NCBI GenBank assembly: GCA_032718475.1
Contig: JAUCBJ010004440.1
Location: 55,527-119,526 of the forward strand
Length of the DNA: 64,000 bases
Origin: Nemertoderma westbladi
Taxonomy: Eukaryota > Animalia > Xenacoelomorpha
Reading direction: 5' to 3'
Made by a program: the position numbers and the translations under genes. Each line of letters opens with the position of its first letter. Position 1 is the stretch's first letter. This document shows, piece after piece, positions 52,200 through 64,000 of this stretch. The notes beneath the pieces are model-generated. The model saw only the letters and a program-made list of their open reading frames with translations. It was not told where the DNA came from and searched no databases.

Positions 52200-54250
52200 A
52201 GAAACGGTAACAATACCTGCAATATCCTACTGTAAAGTTTGTAAATCAAATCATAAATCCGACCTTCTCACCAAAACAGTAAACCCTAAGTAAGCGAATA
52301 TATTGCAGTATCGATCTCTTTTAACCGGTGAGGCAGAAAACAGTCTACGAGCAGACAAACTTCGATAAAACAAAATCCCGCGCAGCGAATCCTAAAATCA
52401 GGCTGACTCACTGACGGACTAAGGGGCTCGTATACTTTGCCGCGGTGTGATTTATATGGTTGGGCAAAGGGACGCTAGCTAGGTATAGAGCAGATTTGGA
52501 GATGTCTAACTAGCGGGCAAAGCACAGTACGGACAAAGTTAATTTTATATATTTCGAGGTGTAAATAATTTCTAACGCGCGTGTGTTAATTCTGAACGGT
52601 CAAAAACAGTTTTGCTCCTTCACATATATAATTACTGGGTACGGTGTGCATTTACGAATATTCTAATTTTATAACTTGTAGGTCCAATACTCACGAATGA
52701 TAAGGTTTCTTCCCCTCTTGCGTATTTCCAGGACTCAAATTCAGGCATAAGGTTAATACTACGCCCAGAATTCGGCAATTTTAGGTACCAGGTCCCTGAT
52801 ACTAAGAAGAGATGTGTTAGTTTACTACTGTAGGCGTACGGGTACTAATAGCTATCCTGGCTCCTATCTAGAATTTTAGTCACCCAGGTAGTCCGGGTAA
52901 CTTCCTATTAGGGCGTTGGCGGGGACACGGTAGATGTTAGTATATCCCTGATAGCCTCAATTTATTTTGCGCCTAGCGTAAACTGCCCTACCGCCTGAAC
53001 GGTACAATCCCAATTCAGGTGAAAACACAGCAACCCCCCTAGCCTACAAGTTCTGATGTAATGGACACTGTCGTACTGCAAATAGTCGCACACACACCTG
53101 TACTTAGCAAGAGTTAAGCGTACAGTTTGCTGCACCCTAACCAATGTGTATGCCTTGTACCGGTGTGCCTACGTCCTATCTGCGTACTAGTATCGGCCTG
53201 CGCTATCCCTCTCTCCCGTAGGAATATGAAGGTCTACTGTGGGTTTTCCTGAATCAAGACAGTACAGTCCTTATGATGTAATTTTGGGCTTACAGCGTGT
53301 CACTACGTCTACCTTTTGATCTTTTGGTCTTACACTTAGGTAGCAAGGATCGAACGCTGTCTAACCTTTCAGGCGATGGGCGAATAACTCTAAGATGGTA
53401 TTGCGGGTTGTCTCTCGTCTACATTCCCGTGATGTTCCCGTTCATTGCTGCGGCCCGATCTCTAGCCGGCCATCCTGTCCCTGAGTTTGTTCACCGTAGT
53501 GAATTCATAGTAAAACAGAAAAGCTGAGAGAATATTCTGACTTTATTACAGAAGACACAATTATAATACAATGTAATCTGAGAATAAACTAAGCACGACA
53601 GAATATTGATAAGATAATCTGAGAAAGATTGAGATATAAGATTGAAGATTGAGATAACTAATGAACGAATCGCACCTTTATATACTAAATTTGTGCTGCA
53701 ATCAATCGAGAAAATTCTCGATTGTTCTATGGGTTCTAACAAGGTTTTAAAGATAGCTTATTGGTCCAGCTAATATATAACTTGCACGACATTGGTTACA
53801 ATCAAATAACTACAGCCTTATTGGTACAGACAAATGCAATTAATTTGTAGCGGTTAATTTAAATGAGTTGAAATTCTGCACAAAAAATAATTCGCACTTA
53901 CTAGGATTCGAACTCGATACCTACTACACATATAATTTCCAACGCTCTACCAACTGAGCTACTGAACCACTTGACCGATGGGTGCACAATAGATAGAACC
54001 AATACTAATGAGAACTCAAAGCAATCTTTACAAAGTTAATTCGAATAAAATAAAATTTTGAAAATCCACGGCATTTAGGGAATATAATTCTATACCGCTC
54101 CATGAAAACAGGATATTATCGTGCATAAAATATACGGTTTTCACCAATAATCAATCAAACTATAGAATACTTAGGGCGTACTTACATATTTACAATTAAA
54201 TTTCAAACAATACTTCCTTTTTACGTAATGATTCGATACAAAAATAATTA
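52200..54250 (-). mobile_element. Probable 3' LTR region of the BEL/Pao element (boundaries unresolved)
   Basis: Minus-strand TATATAAA (53677-53684) followed by AATAAA (53542-53547), the U3-R-U5 order. The partner LTR is outside the window. Confidence 0.35.
53899..53970 (-). other. tRNA-like sequence with A and B boxes but no valid cloverleaf
   Basis: GGTTCAGTAGCTCAGTTGGTAGAGCG...GAGTTCGAATCCTAG; the anticodon arm and acceptor stem do not pair. Confidence 0.6.
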
Positions 54251-54900
54251 CAAATTCAAACTTTACGTAGTTAAGGCTTTACTAAGTAAGTACAATATAA
54301 ATCTAAATTAAATTCACCAATATAAATCTATTGCATCTCAGATATTGCATAAATTCAAACAATTACAAATACAAATAAATGAAAACAATAAGAAAGGCTC
54401 GCGAGTCTTCCATCTACTATTGCATCCCAAATATTGCATAAATTCAAATAATTACAAATACTTTCGTACCTAAATGTAGATTGCATAAGTTTGGAATAAT
54501 TACAAATATGAGTCTTTCTGAGCACAAAATTTTCTATCTATAAAACTTTCTATTTCACTGTAAATACAAATACTGCTTATAAATTGCATAATATCCGGAA
54601 CAATATAAATTGCATAAGTTCGGAATAAGATAAATTGCATAAGTTCGAAATAATCACGTAAATATAAAATATAAATTCTTACTAAATATAAGTTTACTAA
54701 ATATAAGTCTTTACTAAATATAAATATAAACTGCATAAGTTTAGAATAATATAAACCTTTTGCATCTCAAATATGAAACATAAATCTTTCAAATATAAGT
54801 TCCTTCTAAATATAAACTTTCTAAATTTCATAAATTCGGAACAATACAAATTGCATAAGTTTATAAAACATATAATTCAAAATAAATCACAAATCATAAG
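54250..54900. repeat. AT-rich degenerate short repeats in the BEL 3' region
   Basis: Recurring ttgcataagtt and aatataaat. Confidence 0.6.
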
Positions 54901-54938
54901 AAAGGCCCACGAGTCTTCCGTCCACCCTTGTCCTCCCT

Positions 54939-56641
54939 TTATCGCTTAGTAGATCGAGCCCTGCCGCGTCCTCGAAAACTGCGCACAGGTGACTTTGCTC
55001 GCGATATGGGACTTGTGGGGCGAGTCACTGGTTTACTTGGGACGTTGAGAGACGGTGCAACTATTTCCTCACAAATTCGTCTATTTGGCATCCCAAAACC
55101 TCGACCGATTCCTCGTGACCGATCAGTCGTCACTACAGTTGGTAGAACGTCTGGGAACTCGCGAAAGGCGGACGACGCAGACCCAAGAGTAGCTTGCGCC
55201 CCCTGTTGATCAGCTGGTGTATGTCCCGATCCTCCTACCGGTTCTCTTGGAAGTGATACCGTATCCCGAGTAACTCGAATAGTCGGCTCAACTCCCTTGC
55301 GTTCTTCTACATTAATAATTTTCTTCAATTGTTGGCCCACCTTCTGGACCCGTATGATCCTACCCTGCCCGTCCTCCCGAGGGTGACGTGCAGACGGCGC
55401 AACCGGAGTGGCTGATATATTTGTCGCCTCTAGGACCTCCTCTTCCTCGAATACGCTCGCTCGTATACGTTTGTGGTAAAACGCGGCTCGGTACGCCCAT
55501 GCGACGGTTAACCAAGCTCCTTTATTCCGCTTTTCGGTTCGGAAACGATCAAATTCACCATACGTGATACGATTTACGACTTTCTGAAATTTCCACGTGT
55601 TTTTGTTATCTGGGTGAATCTGTAACAGATACTCGCGCACCACTCGGAATCCGCTGTCGTGGGGCAAAATATCGACAACCTCGATAAGTTCGTCATATTG
55701 AGGCATAGCGGAGATGTATCCTTCCGACATCATCGTCTGGGGATTTACCGCCCAAAATCCGAGATGCGCTCTCATCGGAAACCGTCTTCTCTGTGCCGAT
55801 ACATGTTCGTCGGCTAAATCTTCCCACTCATCAAATAACTTCCTCACAAGTTTTACAGATTCGTGTTCATAAGGTATATCTCTCAGTTGGCATTCAGATG
55901 CTCGATGTCCCTTTATATTGCAGTAAGTACATTGAGCCATAAATCTCCAGCAAGTATAAAAGGTATGAGACCCTTGATCCCCACACCATCCACAGATTAG
56001 CTGAGTCGTAGTAATGTGCTTTCCACTGCACTTTGCCATATGATGTCCAGCGACGCCACATTTACTACACATCGTATTGGCAGGGTACCACACTCGTTCG
56101 TATATAAGATCTCCAATCGGTCGAGCGCTTCCTCCCATACTATAATCGTAATCATCTGGGTCTATGGGTTGGTAGGTTTCTGAAGGTTGTATACAAACTA
56201 TAGCATCTGTTGCTTCAAGTTGTCGAATCTCCGTCTGAGATTTCTTCGGGAGGTTCCTTTTTATCTCAAGAAGTTCCTCTAAAGGATCGTCGGCGATCGC
56301 AGTAGTTACGTCGAATTCATCACCAAGGTGACCGATAGGCGCACGCGTCTGCCGTGATTCATCCGTAATCTCCACGATACGTTCTCCTTCATAGGGTAAC
56401 AATGTAAACATAGATGGTCTTTCGATAAGAGATCCCGCACAGCGAAGATGCACGTCTCGAAATATGCTAAATCCTGCTCGAGTAAAGGCATTGCTGTCTT
56501 TGCGAGCTTCGCTGTACTTTCTGATAATTCCTTTATACCAAATATAGTGTAGTCTTTTGCTCCAAATCGTTCGAATGAAGCTGCCGCCTCCTCTTGGATA
56601 TCATATCCCCATCTCGGCTCTCTTTGTATCCCTTTCTCCAT
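54939..56641 (-). CDS. Accessory ORF(s) downstream of BEL pol with three CCHC-type zinc knuckles
   Basis: 504-aa ORF with CSKCGVAGHHMAKC, CGWCGDQGSHTFYTC, CTYCNIKGHRASEC and a basic R/S tail. An overlapping upstream ORF starts at ATG 56641 in another frame. Confidence 0.65.
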
Positions 56642-57260
56642 AATTAGAGGTGTAGTTACATAATCATTACTACTAGAGGGAATACAACAGAGTTTGTGGT
56701 TAGTTGTGAGGAGACGTGAGAGTTTCGTCTGCCTTTTGGGCTTCGACAACGCTCTAACCTCCTACCCATAGCCTAAGATCTAGGGTTTCTTTAATGACAC
56801 GCTGCTTCTTATCTAAAATGAGTCTAAAATACTCACTTTTTGATCCCAAACTATTATCAGAAAATAAGCAGTCAAGAATTAGTAATAAATATAGGGGAGT
56901 CTATTTTGACGTAACTTATTGAAACAAGACCGTGTAAAATTTAATTAAAATTTTAAGAAAGGCTCGCAAGTCTTCCTCTCTTGTTTCTCTAATTTTAAGT
57001 TCCACCCGACTGTACCCTGAAATCTATTCACTGGAGAAAATTTTAAAAATTTTTCAAATCCAAATGGATTGTCTACAATTTCGAAAATGTCTCAATATTG
57101 TGAGTTCCAAGTAGAATTCCATTTCTTATACCTCCAAATCCCGCTCCTATGTGACACATAAGGGTACCACCCTCAATGTTCACATATAAAGACAATGGAA
57201 TTCTACCGCTGTCCTTACTACGGTGTACAGGTACGTGGAAATCTATTTGTAAACTCCTAA

Positions 57261-60200
57261 TTATTTACTAGTATTAGGTGGAGATTTGTAGTCTCCAGAC
57301 TCGTTACGAGTCTCTTCAAGAAGTACGAGACGTTGAGTCGGTCTGTCTACTGTACGACCGTCAATTGTCCGTACTGTCACAGTTCTTGTCACTCCATCCA
57401 TAGATGGATGTGTGGCTAAAATGACACCTGTTATCCAGAAGCGTCTTTTTAGATTCACTTCTGCCAACAGCACGTGATCTCCCGGCTTTAATGCGCGGGT
57501 GTTATTGTACCAAGTTGTTCTGGCAGAAATAGAGGGCAAATAATGGTTTTGCCATATTTCCCAGAATTTGTTAGCCAGTAGTTGCGTGATTTTCCACGCT
57601 TTTCTACCGTAACTATCGCTTTCCATTGGAATGGAAATCGGCGTCAATGTGGTCGGTGCCTGCATAAGCAGGTGTGCCGGTGTCAAAGCGAACTGAGATT
57701 GTTTGTCATCGGGTACTAATACTATTGGTCTAGTATTTAGTATTGCCTCGATTTCAACAAACAATGTTGTCAGTTGGTCGTCTGTTAATATGTGGTTTAC
57801 TGGGATGACCTTTGCCATGGCCGTTTTGATAGATCTAATCAATCTCTCCCAGACTCCGCCTCTCCAAGGACTATCTGGAGGATTAAACTTCCAAACAATC
57901 TTGTGAGGTTGTAGTTCGTTCGAGATTTGATCATGATCTAATCTCTTAAAGGCTCTAGCAATCTCATTCCGAGCACCAACAAAGTTTGTCCCTTGGTCTG
58001 AGTACAAGCATTTTACTAGTCCGCGTCTAGCGATAAATCGCCGCAGTGCTAGTATAAACGCGTTGGTGGAAAGATCCATCACACGTTCAATGTGAACTGC
58101 CCTACTGGACATACATGTGAAAATCAGTCCCCAGCGTTTTACTAGTATACGTCCACGTTTCGTATGTATGGGACCAAAGCAATCAATTCCAGTCTCTGTA
58201 AAAGGTGGTCTGAATGCTTGAAGTCGTGCTTGTGGTAGTTCACTCATTTCTTGGGTACCTATTCTAGAATGTACCTTTTTACAAATAATACACGTACGTG
58301 TCACTGAACTTAACGCTTTACTGGGTCTAATTAATACAAATCTAGTACGTAAGTAGGAAAGACAGTGGTGTCTTCCAGCGTGTTTCAGATGTAAATGTGC
58401 GTCCAGTATCATTGCACGTTGTAGTTCGTGATGTTGCGGTATTATTATTGGGTACCTAAAGTTTGTGTTAAAGTCAATGTTTTGAAGCCGAGATTTATGA
58501 CAAATTAAGCCATTATAAATTATCGGACTCCAACTCAGTATTGGTGACGACTTGATTGGTTGACCTTGATTTATAGATGTGAATTCGCGCGCGAAATATC
58601 GCAGTTGGTAATGGCGAATTAATTTAATCTCACACCTGTCAATCTCATCCAATGTAAGTCGACGTGTGAAGTCACGTTTGCCTTTAACGTATTGTACAAA
58701 ACGTACAATCCACGCTAATTTTCGGCAAGCGTTTGTCCAAGAATCTGTTAAGTTTACAATACGGTCGACATAAGTATTTGTGACGTCATCAGGTAAGTCA
58801 ATGGAGAACTTGGAAGGTTTCGAATTACTAGAAGGGCCCACGGGTCCGCCGGTAAGTATTCCCTTGTTGACTGTTGATCCGTCCGGGTCTACAAGTAATT
58901 TGTCCTTCTTTGTCTTCTTACCTTGATTGTCGGTACTTTGTAAGTCGATCGTTAATGGTGGTTTGAACTCTATGGGGTCAGCAGGTTTCGGTAAACTTAT
59001 TTTCCTGCCGACATTAATCCCAGGTCTCACCGTAGGTTGTAAGTTCGGTATGTCTCTTGAGCGCAAAGTAACACCTGTATTTACATTAGCGTAGGTACTA
59101 CCCACATCTGTAATACATGAGGTTTCACCGTGCTTATGGTTGCTCAAGTGTGTCAAAATTGGTAGTTTGTCAATACAAGGCCGCTCCAATAGGGAAACTG
59201 CGGCTTTATTGTTAGTCAATACATTACTAGTGTCTAGTCGACTGTCTAGTAGTGTGTCTGGCGATACGTCTGGTAACGTATCTGGTTGTTTGTCACTAGA
59301 AGGCCGCTCCAATAGGGAAACTGCGGCTTTACTGTATGTCAGTGTGTTACTAGCGTCTGGTGGAACATTTTGTGATATGTCTGGCAAAATGTCTGGTTGG
59401 CTGTTTAGTAACATGTCTGGTTCACCGTCTGGTAACGTGTCTGGTTGACCGTCTGGCGATATGTCTGGTTGACCGTCTGGCGATATGTCTGGTGTAGAAA
59501 GGCTCGCAAGTCTTCCTCTCTTGACCTTTGAAGTTATATCCTTCCATTTCGCCTTCGGTTTTTTCTTTAGTTTCGCCGCCGTCGTCCTTTTCTTTGTCTT
59601 CCCCTTTTTTGGTTTCTTGATTTCGGCGTCCTTAGGAATGGTGTTGGACTTGTTGTCGTATAACGGAGGCCAATCTTGTGTCGATTTCTGCAAGAACTGG
59701 GGTCCGTGTTGCCAAAACTCTTTGTTCTCCGGTTTACAGAATTCCTCAGGCATCATTCCTCGCGACGCAATATCAGCTGGGTTTTGTGGTCCGGGACAAT
59801 GTCGCCAATCCTCTTTTATCGAACGGTCTAGAATCTCTGCGCGACGGTTAGCTACGAATGTCTTGAATTCGAGTGTGTCGTTGTTTATGTAAAATAAAAC
59901 CAACGTCGCGTCAGTCCAATAAAATATCTGTAAACTCGACTGTAGTTCTGTCTGTATGAGGTTCACGATGGTGGTTGACAGGGTCGCGGCTTGTAGCTCG
60001 GCTCGTGGTGTCGTCATATACTTAGTAGGCATGGTCTTAGCCTTGGAAGTAATGAGCGAAACATCGAACTCGTCTGATTCTACTTGTCTGCGCAAATACG
60101 CTGCCACACCAAACCCGTTGTCACTGGCGTCGGAAAAACAGTGTAGTTCCAAGTTGTCAGGAAATGTACTCTGTAATGGAAAGTAAACCCTGGGTATGAA

Positions 60201-63200
60201 ATAATCCTCTAGCGAAGACAATTCCGCCTCCCAGGTCTTCCATAAGTCCACTTGGTCTGATGAGATCGGCTCGTCCCATGTTAGTCCATCCTTCCATATA
60301 CTGCGCATAGAAATGCGAGCTTGCAGTATTACTGGACTGATGAATCCTAACGGATCGAACAATCGGCTCAACTTTGACAAGCATGATCTCTTGGTCAGTG
60401 TGTTTCCTTGACTGTCCAGTCTCACCTTCACTCGAAAGTTGTCTGTGTTTGGGTCCCAAAAGAGCCCCAACACCTTAGTCGTCGGTAGTGGTTCGAACTC
60501 TAGGTCTATGTCACCACCTCCACGCTCAGTAGTTCCGAATGAGTCAACTAATTCGGCACTGTTTGAGGCGAATTTGGTGAGGTTAAAACCTCCGCTCGCC
60601 AAGCAGTCCCGTAATTGATGTGCTACTGTTGTAGCACGTTCTACTGTGTCGCAACTCTGTAATCCGTCGTCAACGTAAAAGTCACGTTCTACAATTCTAA
60701 TTATCTCTGGGTCATACAGATGTTTCTGATCTCTAGCGGCTTGCTTCAAGGCGTACATCGTACAATTTGGGCTGTCTCTGGCACCGAAAACGCGAACTTG
60801 CATTTGGTAAGTCGCTGGTGGTAGACTTAAGTCCCCTTCCGGATACCAGAGAAACCGCAAACTGTCTCTGTCTCGCTCTAACGCTTTTACTTGGTGAAAC
60901 ATCGCTTCAACGTCACAAGTAAAGGCTACTTGGCGCTGACGGAAGCGCATAATCACCCCCATAAGATAATTATTCATGTTCGGTCCATCCATCAACTCAC
61001 TATTGAGGGACATTCCCTCAAATAGAGCCGCACAGTCATTGACTACACGTACTTTGTCTGGTTTATCGGGATGTCTCACATAGTGATGTGGCAGGTAGTA
61101 TGTCTGGTCGGTCACTCGCTCCGGGTTAGTCATTCGGATAGCGTATCCCTTCGTCAAATACGTCTCCATCTGAGTGTTATACTGCAGATGGGCTTTCTCG
61201 TCCTTTAATAGACGTTGTCGGATTGAGTGTAGACGTCTTAAAGCCAGTGGGTAGTTATTTATAAGTTTAGGACTTTGGCTACGCCATAACATACCCACCT
61301 CGTAATGTCCGTCCTCCGTCTGTCGGATAGTATCCTCCATGATCTTCAGAGATTGTTTCTCCTGTTCCGACATACAAGGTTCGTAGCTACCAGGTTCAGC
61401 TGTATCTTGTTCTAACCACCTGATAGTCTTCTCCGTTAATTCTTTGTCCAAGGCGGCTTGTTCCAACTGATGAATTTTCAACGCGTCATCGTCGATATCG
61501 ACGGGCACTGTTGAGGTTATTGGGGTAGGTAGACTCGCAAGCCTATCATCTGTCGTCGATGGAATCTCTAGCTGATTCGTCTTCTCCCCAAGTTCTAAAC
61601 TCACCTTGTGGGTTAGCTGCTCCTTGTGACTTATCATACTAGTTACACGTCTGTCATGTTTTGTCGACTGTAGTGTAGTATGGTTCACGTCGTGTGAAAA
61701 GGAATGAATTGAGTTTGTAGTTAATAAACTACATGTACTCTGTACATCGTCTTCCTCGTCACTTACGTCTAGTGTGCGCACAGGCGCTCGAGTATACCAC
61801 CCTATCGGCGTTCTGCAGGCGTATGCGTTTCCCGCTACAACTGCCGATGGTCTGGTTTCCCACACCTGATGTAGGTTGAATTGGTCCGTCCCGATCAGCA
61901 TTGCTACCGATCTATAATTGACAGGACATTCGGGTACACCAAGGTGTCTGAAATACTTACGGTCCTCCAGAGATTGTTCCGGCACTGGACCTAGTAGGTT
62001 ACTAAAGTCCTTCGTGGCCGCAAAGGTTAAATCTCTAAAGGGTAACAAAGACCTCTCCCTCTCGCTGTGTTGCGATTTTGGAAGAAGAGAGTCTAAGTCC
62101 AACTTAACTCGTGTCACTGGTATTGCACGCTGTCCGTGCATACTACTTACTGTATAACTGACGTGTTTACCTTGTCTGAGATCCGTTACGACGTCAGCTA
62201 TCTTTTCATCCACGTAACTGTGAGATGAGGCTGAGTCTAGAATCGCGTAAATCCTCTTACTCCCCTTTGTGCCAGTGATCTTAATCGGGATTACACTGAA
62301 TCCCTTCAGTTGATCAGTGGTCAGGAGCGCGATCGACGGTTGTTCGTCTCCATTGGAATATTCGTCGTCGTCTTCTGATTCTTCGTCCGACGATCCGGAT
62401 TGTTCTGAGAAGCAATCCTCAATATGTGTCACGAAGGTCGGAGTCGTTTTCGATTCTCGTTTTCGGTAAGCCGCATCACATCTCGCTGCTGCTTCCGGGT
62501 GTTCCCTGGCGAAGCGTTTCGTCGGCGTGTGGCTGTCTGTGTGGAGCAGACCGTCGTGGTTGCGTCCACAGGATGGACAAGTGTCGGTATTTGGGCAATC
62601 CTTACGGACGTGTCCGTGTCGCGTACACCGCCAACAAGAGTCCAGTGGCCGTATCTGCAGCCGTCGTTCTTCTGAGTTCAACTCGCGAAATTGTCGACAA
62701 CCTCGTAACTTGTGACCAATATACCGCTTACCTAAATGTTCGCAGTATTGGCAGCCGTTGAAGTCGGCGCTGAGTTGCTGTCTCGTCTGTTTCGTCCCAA
62801 TGGGCGCAGATACTCTATTACTGTCTGAGAATTGTCGTGATTCCGTCGGTGTGGCGTAAGTGGCCGTCTTTGTGGATGTTGTCTGGGGTTTTTGTCGGTT
62901 GGAGGATGGCAGTGTGATTCCTTCTGCCACGATGTGCTGGTCGGTATAGTTAGATCGAGTTTCTACTACCGCCTCCCTGGATATTAAAAGGTACACATCT
63001 TCTAATTTCAGGAATCCTCCTCGCTCCTCTCGCTGGTATTCGACCTTCCTCCACTCCCGACGAAGTCGATGGTGGAGTCGTCCTATTATCTTTAATAGGA
63101 CTGTAGGGGTATTCCCGTAATCAAGTTGTCCAATTGATCTTAAGGTAGTGATAGCGTTCTTGATTTCGTCAGCTAGTTTTAGTAAGTCGACGGGTTTAGT

Positions 63201-64000
63201 GATAGCCCCTCCCTTACAGAGTTCTTCTATTACTGACCTGGCCATACTCACTGTACCTCCGTATATCGAAGTCAAACGATCGTACGCTAGTTCGAAAGCG
63301 TCTGGTACACCGACGAAAGTCTCCGCCAAACGTTTAGGTTCTCCTGACAACGTTTGGAGCAAGTAATTGAACTTCTCTCGTGATGTAAAGGCGCACACGG
63401 CGATCTGGGATTCAATATAGTCTACGAAGGTATGCCAGTGTTTTGAGCTACCGGAGAACTTCGGTGGTTGTTGTACCGGCAATCCCTGTCTGGCTGCGAA
63501 TTTCGCTATCTCCTCGGCAACGTTCAGAGTTTCGCGTCCTTGGTTGGTAACCTGGTTGATGTTCTCCCTTCTAGGCGCTTTTCCCTGATACGATGTGGGG
63601 TTTGAAGGTACCGATCTTTGTGGTGCTTTCGGGTGTCTATTGTGTTCGAATTCGGTGTTCCTCGAACTATCGGTTTGAACTTCCTCCAGACGCTCCTCGA
63701 TCTGAGCCAACTTGTTGACAACTGGTCGCAGAATGTCGGCGAACTGTTGTGTACTAATTGCGTCCGTTGGTTGTAACGCCTTCTGTGTTGGTGTATTCTG
63801 TGGAGGATTGTCTGCAAAGGAGTTGTCTGAACGCTCGCGTTTATATTCATCGGCCGCCCCCGTTCTAAATACCTCGCGTTTCGGGTAATCCGATTCGCTC
63901 GAAGTACTACTATCATCTGGATATGGTGGTCGACGTGCTCGCGTCCGTTGCGTCGTTCGAATTCTAACGGCTCGTTTCGGAACATCGTCCACTGATCTCC
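57261..64000 (-). mobile_element. BEL/Pao LTR retrotransposon gag-pol polyprotein, intact; 5' end lies beyond the right edge
   Basis: PPKFSGSSKHW gag, three Cys/His knuckles, protease LDSAS, YYLPHH..KVRVV, RT FYVDD, RNase H FSDAS, NPADIASRG, integrase H..H..CIIC, GIDCFGP, SDQGTNF and WERLI; PR-RT-RH-IN order in a single ORF. Confidence 0.95.

Overview
AT-rich, transposon-dense genomic DNA from an animal, probably a bilaterian invertebrate with motile cilia; the species cannot be identified from the sequence. Host genes: (i) an intronless DCDC1 doublecortin/ricin-B gene on the minus strand, running off the left edge and absent from the ORF track; (ii) the last four exons of a + strand Cys-rich extracellular-type mosaic protein (EGF, cystine knot, TILa/EGF, 3 ShKT-like, 4 resistin/PCSK9-C-like repeats); (iii) an intronless SET/TAF-I (NAP family) gene; (iv) the first two coding exons of an SPMIP4/C7orf31 orthologue, also absent from the ORF track. 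The rest is mostly mobile or repetitive DNA: RTE, RTE-X-like and CR1-group LINEs, nested hAT, CACTA-like and Tc1/mariner-like non-autonomous elements with clear TIRs and TSDs, a MULE relic, an alpha-tubulin retrocopy with a 15-bp TSD, 36-bp and 23-bp tandem arrays, and a BEL/Pao LTR retrotransposon with an extra zinc-knuckle ORF. The most notable signal is a small repeated element in which a hammerhead ribozyme sits between a tRNA-type Pol III A box and B box; one copy is inserted with a Penelope-like inverted end and a TSD. All family assignments come from motif recognition by eye; no searches were run.
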